Source of the DNA: Proteromonas lacertae
Taxonomy: Eukaryota
DNA: 64,000 bases
Direction of reading: 5' to 3'
Assembly: GCA_002245135.1 (NCBI GenBank)
Contig: NGBS01000878.1
Span: forward strand, 62,001-126,000
The notes below the pieces were generated by a model. That model did no database searches and had not been told where the DNA came from. It saw only the letters and a list, made by a program, of their open reading frames with translations. Shown piece after piece: positions 26,424 to 38,218 of this stretch (the first letter of the stretch is position 1; the number at the start of each line of letters is the position of its first letter). The position numbers and the translations under genes were made by a program.

Positions 26424-28961
26424 ATGAAAATCTTAAGTATTTTATTATAAATATTATCTTCTATTTCCTTAGACGTTCTTATTGTTGTTTTATTATTAGT
26501 CTGCTATTCAGATGAAAGAGATTTGAGCAAGATAAGAAGACATAAATCAAAATCAGGTAATGAAGTGTTAGATTTACATAAATCTGTTTCACAGAGTTAT
26601 ATTAATTATAATGAAGCTTATATTTTAACAAACACAAGAATGTTAGTCGTTGAGAGAACAAAAGTTGAAGATTTTAAGATGGTTAAGCTAGTTTATTCTA
26701 TTACAATCAGTGGAAATCATCCTAAATATAATATTGCCAAAGGTGAGTTGAATAAAACCCAATCATTCTTCTATTTTAGCCAATCTGAAGTTGCTGAGTT
26801 TAATGGAGTTGATGGTTGTTCAATTCAACACAAAGAATATACAATTGTGTATTACTAACTTATATTTCTATTGTTTATTATAGAGATTTGGAAAAGATGT
26901 GTGAAAGAATAAAGAATGAAGTAACTTCAAAAATAGATGGATATGATAATCCTATTAGATATAATAGTGATGGAGAACGTAATACAATAGTATTTGAAAA
27001 TGATTTTAGTGGTAGTGAGGACGATTTAAGTATTATTTTTATTAATTAAATAATGAATAGCAACTGAAGAGATTGATTATAGAATAGAATATCTTCATAC
27101 TAGATTAATAGCTCCATCAGCTGATCAATTTTACATGTATGGAAAAGAAGGAATTTTTACACCAAAACAAGCTTTTTTGATATTATATGAAGATGTTGAT
27201 CAAGGCATTTCTAGTGCTGCTTTTGTTTATTTTGATACAAACATTACAATGTATGATACTTATACAGATATAAGAATATTTGATGGTTTTGATCAACATG
27301 TTTCTTGTATTGAAGAAAAATGTGAATATGCGTTTTTATATAAAGATTTATTATCACCAATGGATGGATATTCAGATTTTTGGTATAAACAATACAGTAA
27401 AACAGAAATAAAGAATATGTTAACAAATGATGCAAATGATATTTATGCAAAATATAATGCATATGTTGAATCATTAGAAAACCAACAAACAAAAAGAAAT
27501 AGAATGGTATTGTCAAATTCAAAAGAAAAACTAACATCAGATAAAGGATATTATTATGAAAGTGCTGATAAAAATAAATATGTTGGTTATTTCATTACCT
27601 CAACATTATTTACATATATTGAACAGGGAATAAAGAATGGTGATTTATATCAATACAAATTTGTTAAAACACTATCTGAAGATATAAAATCATTTATTAT
27701 AAATACAGTAGAAGATTTTGATAATGGTTTAAGTGGAATAGACTTTGAAAAGAATGATATTAGTAGTTGTGTAGGTTTTATTCCATTAAAGTATGAATAA
27801 TATACTTATATTCTGAAATAGAGATATAAATACAAAATGTGAAGGTATGACATTCAACTTTCCAAAAGGCAGTTTCTCATTTGATAATACAAAACTTATA
27901 ATTGAAGGGAATGAAAAAGTTGAATATTATTTGACAGAAACAAGTATATTAATTTATCAATATATATAATAGATGGTGAATCAATGATGAATATAGTGAA
28001 TAAAATATCCAAATCACTAAAACCAATTCCAAAAGATAAATGTGTTTTTTATACTGTCAAAGAAGATGGTTCAATATATCAGAAGCTTATGTTTAATGGT
28101 ATTGTTTATAATGAAGATACTTATAAGCCTTGGGATTATTCTAAAACTTTTTTTGCATATGAGAATATAGTTGAAGATTTCTCTAATATGCAGAGTAGTA
28201 GTAATGAATTTATATACACAAGAGAAGGAATTGATGGATATTATTTTATTGAAAGTGGATATAATTTTCAATTTAATAAATACATAGCTAATACTAATGC
28301 AATTGCATATGAAATAGGTTTAGATGGAAATAAACTAGTTGAACAATATAAGAGTAATTTTACTGAAGCATATGAATTTATGAAAGAAAAAATCAAACTA
28401 ATTGATAATAGTGATATTGAAACAATTGAAACAATTGAAACAAGTCAAACAATTGAGACAAGTCAAACAATTGAGACAAGTCAAACAATTGAGACAAGTC
28501 AAACAAGTGAAAGTACTGAAAGTAATCCAACAACTCAAAAAGAAGAAACAGTAGAAATAACAATGATTTTATCAAATATTACTTCTGTTGATGTGAGTAG
28601 TTTATTTAATGATATAAAACAAACAATAAAGAAAATATATGAAGAAAAGAATATAATATTACATGATGAAGATATTACAATACAAACAAAAGAATCTAAA
28701 TCAAGAATGATAGAAGAAAATAAATCAATTGAGTTAGAAATATCAATAATAGTGGTTGATAAGACTTCAAAAGAAGAAATGAAGAAGATAATGAAAGAAA
28801 CAAGTATTTCAACAATAAAAGAAGAATTAATAAAAGTGAATCCAGATATATATAAATATGTTGGAGTAGAGGTTGATGTGAATGGATTAGATAATAATGG
28901 TAATAGATATTCAATGATGTTGTTATTCACTTTATTCACATTGTTGTTAGTATTGAACTAA
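26424..28961 (+). CDS. Predicted cell-surface protein (signal peptide, Thr/Ser repeat stalk, C-terminal hydrophobic/GPI-like tail), copy 1
   Basis: Spliced start MKILNVLIVVLLLVCYS, TIETSQ repeats, end MMLLFTLFTLLLVLN. Confidence 0.75.
28416..28510 (+). repeat. Coding tandem repeat of 9/18-bp units (TIE, TIETSQ)
   Basis: Repeated ACAATTGA(A/G)ACAAGTCAA. Unit order differs in the second copy (about 48800-48886). Confidence 0.9.
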
Positions 28962-29196
28962 ATACTAATATATTGCCTATTATTGGTTGATATGTGTTTT
29001 ATATTGAATAAAAATAATAGAATATAGATGATAGCTATCATATCTCATTCAATATTTTCTTATATTCATTTCTATTTTGAACAAACCATAATCAAATTAA
29101 TTTATTATTTTTATTATTTTCTTCTTCATTTATTGTTAATTTATAATGCAACATCTAAATATCAAAACATTTATGAAATTAAAAACTAGTTATAAT

Positions 29197-30252
29197 CTAT
29201 ATTATTTTATTTGAATTGTATTGTGAATTATGAAGTTCTAACTTCTTAGCTGTATCTAATATTTGTAAACACAATGGACAGACATGTTTGTTCTTCATGC
29301 TTTGGTTATAAACATATCCCAGAATAGTTGGTAAAGAAGCAATATACAAATACTTAACTGTTCTGTCAGATGATTTATGAAACAACATATTGACAACATC
29401 AATTTTGTGAGAATGATCTTTGAAAGATGTATTTCTAAGAATCTCCACTTTCTCTTGTTGATTCATATAAAAGATGTTAATGGCGATATTATTATTAGTT
29501 TCAAACTGGAATAATATATTTTCATCATATGGATTAACTGGATAACATAGATGCTGTTGATTAATATCATAAATATATTTATCCAAAGCCATCTTTTTAT
29601 AATCCTGTAAATAAGTTGATTTTTGTGAGAAATGATAAGCAATACAATATAAGAAACTCTTATTATCATCACAAGGTAATTTATCTCTAATGCAAGTCTT
29701 CTTTTTAAAGAATGGAGGTCTATTTGTATATTTTGATTCAAAAATGGGATTAATTGATTGATGTTTGAATTGATCTTGAAACAGTTGTTTATCCACTTCA
29801 TTAACTGATTCTATAATTAACATATCTTTAATATCATGCTGAAATTTACTAAAATATGATATTTGTATAGGTGATAATGAAGGTTGTTGTTGTTGTTGTT
29901 GTTGAATAGGAAAATCGATTGATATAATATCTGATTTAGATAATAATGATGATGAAGAAGATAATATTTGTTGTGATAAAAGAGGAGGAGATTGTTGTTG
30001 AATTTGATTTTGATTAATTTGTTGATCAATGAAAGTAGTGAAAGAAGAAGAATTTTCATTTTCTTGAGATAATGAAGATAAATTGAATGAAATATCTTCT
30101 TCATCTTCTTGTTTTTTGAAGTGTTTAGAAATAGAATATGAAATATCTGAATCTGTATTAGATAATCTGTGTTTATATTTATTAGTTGATAAAACCTCAC
30201 TTTCCTCTTCAACACCTTTCGAATCTGAAGAATGAATATTATTATTATCCAT
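29197..30252 (-). CDS. Intronless ORF with a Polinton/Maverick pPolB N-terminal-like domain, copy 1
   Basis: KKTCI...DDNKSFLYCIAYH...YPV...FETNNNIAINIF...YLYIASL..IL...HVCPLCL...LELH, after an S/Q-rich N-terminus. Family assignment is from motif recall. Confidence 0.6.
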   Translation of the reverse strand: MDNNNIHSSDSKGVEEESEVLSTNKYKHRLSNTDSDISYSISKHFKKQEDEEDISFNLSSLSQENENSSSFTTFIDQQINQNQIQQQSPPLLSQQILSSSSSLLSKSDIISIDFPIQQQQQQQPSLSPIQISYFSKFQHDIKDMLIIESVNEVDKQLFQDQFKHQSINPIFESKYTNRPPFFKKKTCIRDKLPCDDNKSFLYCIAYHFSQKSTYLQDYKKMALDKYIYDINQQHLCYPVNPYDENILFQFETNNNIAINIFYMNQQEKVEILRNTSFKDHSHKIDVVNMLFHKSSDRTVKYLYIASLPTILGYVYNQSMKNKHVCPLCLQILDTAKKLELHNSQYNSNKII

Positions 30253-30554
30253 ATTGCATAAATAATATAGTTTGATATAAATAATAACCCTCCAAATGAT
30301 ATTTATTAGAATTAGATAATGCTAAATAATGATATAAATGGAATAAGCTAATAAACATAATATATTTATTATATTTTTTGTAAAATTTGTTTTTTTGTAA
30401 AATTCTTAAAACATCTCTTATTAAGAAGGAAATAATTTGTTATTATTACATAATTGATGCTATATAACAATTTTATTACATCTATATGGATATTATGACA
30501 GTTTTTCATAAACACACAAAATCAGTTTGAAAATAAAAACAATATTATAAGTCT

Positions 30555-31325
30555 TTAATCATCATGTTCATGTATCATCGGTGGTTGTGATTTTGGTACA
30601 AATATCAATACACAACACACAACAAGGAAAATACAACTGACTAGAACAACAGTAACGAATGTTAATATCATTCCAGTTCTATAGTAAAATATAATAGACA
30701 ATTTATACTGTGAAAAGCCATGTTGCTCTGGATATTTCAAATAATCCGTCATTGACACAATATAATGTAATAAATACATCTTATAATATGCACTACATTA
30801 TAATCACATGTATAATATATACGGATATTTCAATGCTGAGGAGAGTGAAGAATCAACTGGAGTTGTGAGGAAACGATTGGTTACAAAGTCTATGATATGT
30901 TCTGGTTTTGAGTATTCACCACGATATTTACGAATTTCTCCTTCATGGAAATGTAACATGGTAGGAAACTCTTTAATTCTGAATCTAGACGCAAGAGCAC
31001 TTTGTTTGGTTATATCAACCTTTCCAAAATTAACAACATCTATTCATTATATAAACATAATATACTTTCCATCGTTATAGAAGCACTGTCGAAAAAAGGC
31101 ATTAATCTTCTACTATGTGGACACCATGGTGCATAGCTATAACATGTTACATAAATTGTTTATATATATACAATAAAACTAACCAGTCACTTCCATTTTT
31201 AACATAATTATCAAAGTTCGTTAAATTAAGCTGGATTGCATCAGTTCTAAAAAGCCATAAAATATTTTTAAATACTCTTCAGCAACTGAAAATGCAACTA
31301 ACACCAAAAAAAATAAGAATTTCAT
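30555..31325 (-). CDS. Thioredoxin-related transmembrane (TMX/PDI-like) protein with a CxxS site
   Basis: Spliced translation shows a signal peptide, WLVLFYAPWCPHS, FGKVD...RFRIKEFPT and a C-terminal TM helix. Four small introns. Confidence 0.85.
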
Positions 31326-31375
31326 AAGAGAATAACGATCAAAATTTTGAAATCTTATTTTATTAATTTTCTTAT

Positions 31376-32224
31376 ATGTCTGAAGAGATAAACAAAGTGT
31401 TGTCGAGAAGAGGAAAATCTACTTCAGGCTATGATCTAGAGAGTATAATATCAATTTTTTTGCTATTATATACAATTTAAATAATGTTCCTTAATATTTT
31501 TACGATTCTACAACATCTGATAACTCTGATCAAAGCGTTGGTATATATTTTTACTATATTTCCATTCTGACTTTCTTTTACTGCTGTAAATTTTGAAACA
31601 ACAAATATGTTTAGTAATATTATAATACATAAATAGGTTCACCAAATACAGCTATTCCAGAAACACCGCCAAAAGCAGAATTTTATGATGAAAGTTCTTT
31701 ACGAGGTTCAATGATGAATTTATGTAACAGTACATTAGGAGCAGGTTGTTTATCATTACCATTTGCAATATCTCAAGCTGGTTTAGGTTTTGGTACAGTG
31801 TATTTATTCCTAACATATTATTGTACTGTAATCTCCTTATATTATTTACTAAAAGCTAGAGCAATAACAGGTAAAAAAAGTTATGAAGAAATAATTGTAT
31901 ATATATATAATATAATATATAAATAGTGTGAAGTATATGGCCATACAATAGAGGTTATATTATCAATAACCATTGTACTTTTCTGTTTTGGTTCATGTGT
32001 TAGTTATTGTGTAGTTATAGGTGATATATTAAATCCAATTGTAGATTACGTTGAACATCGTCATCCAATGATTAATCGTGAAAATACGGTGGCACTGTTT
32101 TGGTTATTATTTATTGTACCACCTTCAATGATGAAAGATATGGGATCATTTACAAAGTTTTCTATAATGGGAGTGTGGTTGATTTATTATTTGATTGGAC
32201 TAGTTGTTGTTTATGCTGTATATA

Positions 32225-32260
<36 letters not shown>

Positions 32261-33039
32261 GTTTTGTAATCATTTTGTTGAAAATCTATATAATGTTGAT
32301 TGGTATAATATTAAACAAAATATGTGGAAATCATTTCCAATTATATTTTTCTCATTTACATCTCATTTAAATGTATTTCAAATTCAAAATTCTTTAGATA
32401 AACCATCCGAAAATAGTATAATAATTGTTAATAATAATAATAATAGAAATGAAAGTAATAGTTCATCATGCAATGCGTAATAGTTTATATGCATATTTAT
32501 TAATGGGAATATTTGGTTATATTGCATTTCCATCTTTTACACCAGGAAATGTAATCATTGGATTAGATATAAGACACGGAAAACATACATTGTTAATGAA
32601 TACACTTATTGTTATAGCTTATTTAGGAATGGCATTGTCTTTAACTACTAGTTTTCCATTAATGATATTTCCAATGAGATATTCATTTTTTTCTTTATTT
32701 AAAGATAATGATTATATTGATGAACAATATCAACATATGTCATTGAATTTTAAACTTGTATTTTATATGGTTTCTTTTGGTTTTGATTTAGCTGCTTTGT
32801 TAGTATCTATTTATGTGACTAACCTCAATACTGTCTTTCAAATTATTGGTGGTACAACAAGTACTATTTTGTGTTATATGATTCCTGGATTTTTAATGAT
32901 TTCTTTGTATAAGAAACATAATAATACTGTGTCAAAAGAGTATTATTATGGCGGTTATGCAATGATTATTGTCAGTGCAATCACTGGCACAATTTCTACT
33001 TATGTTACTTTAGCTAGTTCAAATCAACCAACAGATTAG
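31376..33039 (+). CDS. Amino-acid transporter (SLC38/AAAP family)
   Basis: NLCNSTLGAGCLSLPFA, GIFGYIAF, SFPLMIFPMR and multiple TM helices. Confidence 0.9.
31448..31503 (+). other. AT-AC minor-class intron, 56 nt (candidate)
   Basis: ATATCAATT...TTCCTTAAT.ATTTTTAC, followed by a 37-nt exon (DSTTSDNSDQSV) and a GT donor at 31541, all in frame. Skipping via GT-AG 31443-31636 is also in frame. Confidence 0.7.
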
Positions 33040-33194
33040 AATTAATGAATATGAATTTTGGTTTTTTAATTAATTATATTTTTTTTCAGTTATTGTTATG
33101 TCTATTTTTTTTTAATGTATCATCACAACGCAAAACTATAAAAAATCGAATCATCATTAATTAATAGAATTTTAAAACCCTATTAATCTAATTA

Positions 33195-34209
33195 TTAAGC
33201 AGGTAAAACAACATCATTAAAATATGGATGATTTTTTGCATCTCTTGCACTAATACGTTTAGCTGGATCATATTGGAACATTTTCTATAACATAAATAAT
33301 AGTATTATATAAATATACATCTAATAAGTCAATTCCAAGGTCATCTAACTCAGGAACAGTCTCTTTAATGGATCTAGCTCTCCATTTAGGGAAAGTTGGC
33401 TTAAAATCAGGTAATGAAGTAACTTCAGGCCAAATATTTTCATCTGGTGTTCCTAAAGTTTGGAATATTTTGTGTAGCATATCAATCTCAGAGTCACCAG
33501 GCCATAATGGCTTATTTCTAGCCATTTCAGCGAATATACAGCCAATACTCCACATATCTACACCTGGTGGGTATTTGGGTGATCCTAATAAGATTTCTGG
33601 TCCTCTGTACCATAAAGTGATGATTTCATGTGTATAAGCTCTGATTGGAATTGAAAATGCTCTTGCTAAACCGAAATCACATATTTTCAATATTGTTCCA
33701 GTTTCATCAATCAATAGATTCTGTGGCTTTAAATCCCTGTGCATTATACCACGAGAATGACAATAATCTATACCATCAATCATTTGATATAAAAATGACT
33801 ATATATATAAGATTTATGCATGTTATACTTTCATTTTTTCAACTGGGATTTTGTTTGGTTTGAATGGTTCCATGTATTTTTTTAAATCTTTCGCAACATA
33901 TTCAAAAATTAAGTAAAGCTTACCTTCAGCATGTTCAACATCTTTCAAGCTAAGGATATAAAAACATTAAACAAAATACGTAACAATGTTTTTATGTCTT
34001 AAACTCTTGAGAATTGAAATTTCACGAAGTGTAGTGCTAGGAATGCCTTCTTCTTCGACTTCAAGTCTAATCTTTTTTAAGGCGACAATTTCTCCAGTTT
34101 CTTCATCCTTAGCCTTGTATCTAGAAGACATAAAAACAGAAGAATACACAACACCATAAGTACCTTCACCAAGAGGCTTTTCTACACGCTTATATCTTGT
34201 ACTAATCAT
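33195..34209 (-). CDS. Cyclin-dependent kinase (CDK1/CDKA-B type, PSTTLRE)
   Basis: [33 protein letters not shown] and DFGLARAF...YTHE. Introns at 34121-34147, about 33950-33979, 33799-33828 and 33285-33318. Confidence 0.95.
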
Positions 34210-34349
34210 ATTGCTATATCCTGCTTAGTAATTCAAAAATGTTGGTCAAAAAATAAAATAATTTTGAATTATCAAAACGAATAGAGTTTGATAAGTATTC
34301 GAGCTTCACAATTTTCTTATCTTTTTTCTTGTTATTTATACAATTTTTA

Positions 34350-35023
34350 ATGAAGCCATTATCATCCACAATTTATTGTGCAGCAGAGATTTGCTTGGCG
34401 ACATATGGAATTATATCTTCTTCATATCCAGTGTATTAATGTCATTTATAGTGTTGTAGATTATCTCATGATTTTTTCACAACAGAACAAAATATGTTGA
34501 ACACATTCTCAAAATATTTATTGGTTTATATTCCAATTCACATAATTCTTGTGTTTTTAACAAGACCATCACACAATATTTACTTGTTTATTTGCAGAAC
34601 AATATTTGCTTATACAATTGTCTTATTTTTAGCTTCATTGGTGTTGTATTCGTTTGGATATTCATATTCAAAGAGATTAGAAGAACTTACATTACTTTCC
34701 ACATTATTAGCAAGTTATATGTTATTACCAATAATGCATTACGGAAATCAATATAAGAAACATGTTAATGTGTTTTTAACTATGAAGTATATATATATAT
34801 ATAATTATTATATATATATAGTTCTAAGACTGATTATGATTTAGTTAGTAAGTTAACATTATGGTGTTGTTGTGTTGGATCATTAGTCGGTTCTCCATTT
34901 ACATTGCTAGATATAGATGAGTTATGGCAAAAGAAAAGCTTGCCGATATTTATAGGTCATTTTATTGGATATATAGTTGGATTGGGGCTGTCTTTGGCAA
35001 TTAACTTATTTAAATCTAAATAA
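34350..35023 (+). CDS. PIG-F-like GPI biosynthesis protein
   Basis: Multi-TM small protein. Its last exon, VGSLVGSPFTLLDIDELWQKKSLP, resembles the PIG-F PLDWDRPWQ motif. Confidence 0.6.
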
Positions 35024-35213
35024 ATATATATACATTTCATTTTCGTATTGTTTAATAATTGTTGTTGTTATTATTATATAAAAAACAAACAAAAACTCTA
35101 CAATGTCGATGTAATTTTTAATAAAGATACTAAGTATAGCTGAGCTATAACTATTTTTATAATATCTACCATATATTCTAAACGAATTATATATGTATGT
35201 TGATTAACTAATC

Positions 35214-37558
35214 TTACCTACTTTCTTGCACAATATAATTAGACGCATCTGTTGTTGTTATTGTTGATATTGGTTGGTTATTAGATAATAATGATGATGA
35301 TATAGGTGGTGGAGTAGTAGTAGTATTAGTTGAAGATGATGGATGCAATAACATTATTACCTGTAGAATTTGTTGTTGTTGTTGTTGTTGTTGGTTGTGG
35401 AGCTGGTGGTGGCTGTATAGTTGATGATGATAATTGTTGTTGATATATATTACTACTGTTATTATACTGTTGTTGTTGTTGTTGATAATATTGTTCATCA
35501 TCATTATTATTAGCATTATTATAACCAACATAATGATGATGTGAATAACTAGGAATATTGGAAGAAGATGAAGAACTCATTAAATAACTAGCTGGAGCTG
35601 TAAAACCTCTTTCAAATATCACGCTATTATTATTGTTTATATTATTCTCACTACCTGACAAACCAGAAGCTGAATCTGATATATAATCATTCATATTGTT
35701 ACTATTGTGAATTGTGCCAATACCATAATTAGCAGGAACACTTTCAAATCTATCTCTCATCATCATTTCAACACCATAACTACCATTACCATTATTATTA
35801 TTATTATTATAATTCATTCCTACACTATTATTACCACTAAAATTACTATTATTATTATTATTATTACTGGTAAATTCACTATATCTTACGCTATGTGGAT
35901 GTGGACTAGAATAAGTCCTTTGTATCCATCTTGGAGGGCTTTTACTAGTACTGTTATAAATATCTTCATCTGAACTAATATATTGACCACTATTACGTTG
36001 TTGTTGTTGTTGTGTATAATATAAATCATTCATTGGAGAGTTATGACCTGATGTATTTGATGGACTAATTCCATCACTAATAGTTAAATGCCCAAGTTTA
36101 TCAACTAATGAAGGATGAATATTATTGTTATTCATTGGTGTATTATTTGAAGATGTATTAGGAGTAGAAGCATTAATAATAGAGGAAGGAGATGATGAAG
36201 GCATATTATTATTATTATTATTATTCAAACCAGGTGAAGTGGAGTGAGGTATAGGCAAAGGAGGTGGAGGAGGAGATGGTTGATTCATACCACTCATAGT
36301 TGGAGACTGTTGTTGTTGTTGTTGTTGATTGTTTGTTACTGATGCTGTTGTAGAATATGAGTAATTATATGATCTAGGTATTAGTGAAGGTGATGGATTA
36401 TATTGATTCATTCGATTATTATTATTATTATTATTGCTATTCATCGGTAGTTCTGAGGTAGGTGATGATGAGACTGTATTATACCAACCATCACTCTGTA
36501 TTGGATAGTTGTAATAGCTATTATTAGGTTGAGATATTGTATAATATTGTTGTTGTTGTTGTTGTTGTTGCATTCTCATTATATCAACATTATTACTATT
36601 GCTGTTATTATAAGTGTAAGTAATTTCAGTTGGTGATGATATATATTGTGGTTGTATTGGTTGGGTAGGTATAGAAATAGCTCCTGGTAATCCTGATGGT
36701 GTTGGTGCTGTAGGTATTGCATTCATCTGATACATTGGTTTAGTATAAATATATTGTACTGGAGTAGGTTGTAACTGAATTGGTGGTGGTATTTGTGGTT
36801 GTGGAGACTGTTGAAGTTGTTGTTGTTGTTGTTGTTGTTGAGACTGTTGTGGATTGTGTTGTGGTGATGATTGTACATTGTCTTTCTTTGGTACGGCTTC
36901 TTTTACTTCTACTTCTTTATTATCTATTATATGCAATCTTGTCTTTACTACTTCATCAACTGAACAAGGACTTTCGTATGTTACAAAACCAAAACCTCTG
37001 CTTTTGTTAGTCTCTTTATTCATCATGATTTGAACTGATTCCACTTTTCCAAATTGTGAAAAATACTCTCTCAGTGAATCTATTTAGATAATTTAGAAAT
37101 AATCTGTTTATACCTTCTGTACTCTCATAATGCAGACCACCTACAAATATTTTTCTACCTCCCGATGATTTTTGAGCGACTGGAGGAGGAGGATCCATAT
37201 CTTTTGGAACTGCTGCTTTTACTTCAACCTAAAATAAGTAAAACTACTATAAAAATATACCATTTTGCCATCAATATTATGTCTTGAATCAACTATAGCT
37301 TGTTGGGCTGATTTAGAATTAGCAAACACGCAAAAGCCAAAGCCACGAGATTTCATGGTGTTCTGGTCTCTCATTACAATTACACTAGTCACAGTTCCAT
37401 ATTTTTCGAAATAACTTTTCAAAGTCGCTATTAGATAGATGTTCCTGTTATACCTTCTGTTGTGGTAAAAGCAAGTCCTCCAACGAAAATTTTGCTATAA
37501 AATAATATTATAATATTAAATTCTCTTACTCAGAACGAATTGGAGGTGTTGATGACAT
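35214..37558 (-). CDS. Two-RRM RNA-binding protein (Musashi/DAZAP1/hnRNP A-like) with a long Q/N/S/P low-complexity tail
   Basis: KIFVGGL and SRGFGF occur twice. Poly-Q/N tail. Probable +1 break near 35346, otherwise the ORF ends at 35326. Confidence 0.88.
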
Positions 37559-38218
37559 GATAGTTTTGTTGAGAGAAAATACAGCGTATTTCAAAAAATC
37601 TTTTTTTCTGTTGAAGATTCAAACTTGATGATGCTGTTTTCTGGACTTTGCTTTTATTATGGGTTTGATCTATGTGAAAATGCCCTTTTTAATTCAGTTA
37701 TTAGCTAAAACACTATGAATTATCTCTAGATCCTAAAAATAGAAAGCTGAAATTTGTTTTCAGAGTGTGTAAAGCATAATGTAAGAAAGTAGATTGGTTT
37801 ATAGCAAGTAATTAGCAAAAATGTTTGATTATTTAACAGTGGTGAATATTTCTATATTTGTCACTATGCAATTAGATATGTACAATGATTTCTATAGTAT
37901 TCGATAAAATTCACATTTTTGTCAAAGAGTGATTATCTTCATGTATTTATATTCAAATTGATTAGATAAATTATGATTTTAATTAATTATTACATAATCT
38001 ATAACATCAGCTGGTTAGATAATCACTATATTTTGATATTGACGATTCAGATTTAATGAAACGAATATATTTTAAATTAAGATTGAATTTAAATTAACAT
38101 ATAAGTAGCATTCTATTATTTTCTATTTAATTATGAGGATTAATTCAACCATAGATACAATAACAATAAATTGTTAAAAACAATAATACCTTTAAATGTT
38201 ATTTTATAGAAATATGGC

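Larger units (their letters stand above)
23890..30426 (+). repeat. Left arm of a large inverted duplication
   Basis: Reverse complement of about 46883-53410. Near-identical over most of 24531-30426, diverged over about 23890-24530 except for a perfect block at 24158-24212. Confidence 0.92.

Noticed and set aside
28416..28510. CRISPR-like array
   Set aside because: Head-to-tail coding repeats without spacers, inside a eukaryotic gene.
29463..30215. Overlapping alternative-frame and antisense ORFs in the ORF track (here and throughout)
   Set aside because: They are shadows of real genes or of low-complexity AT-rich sequence.
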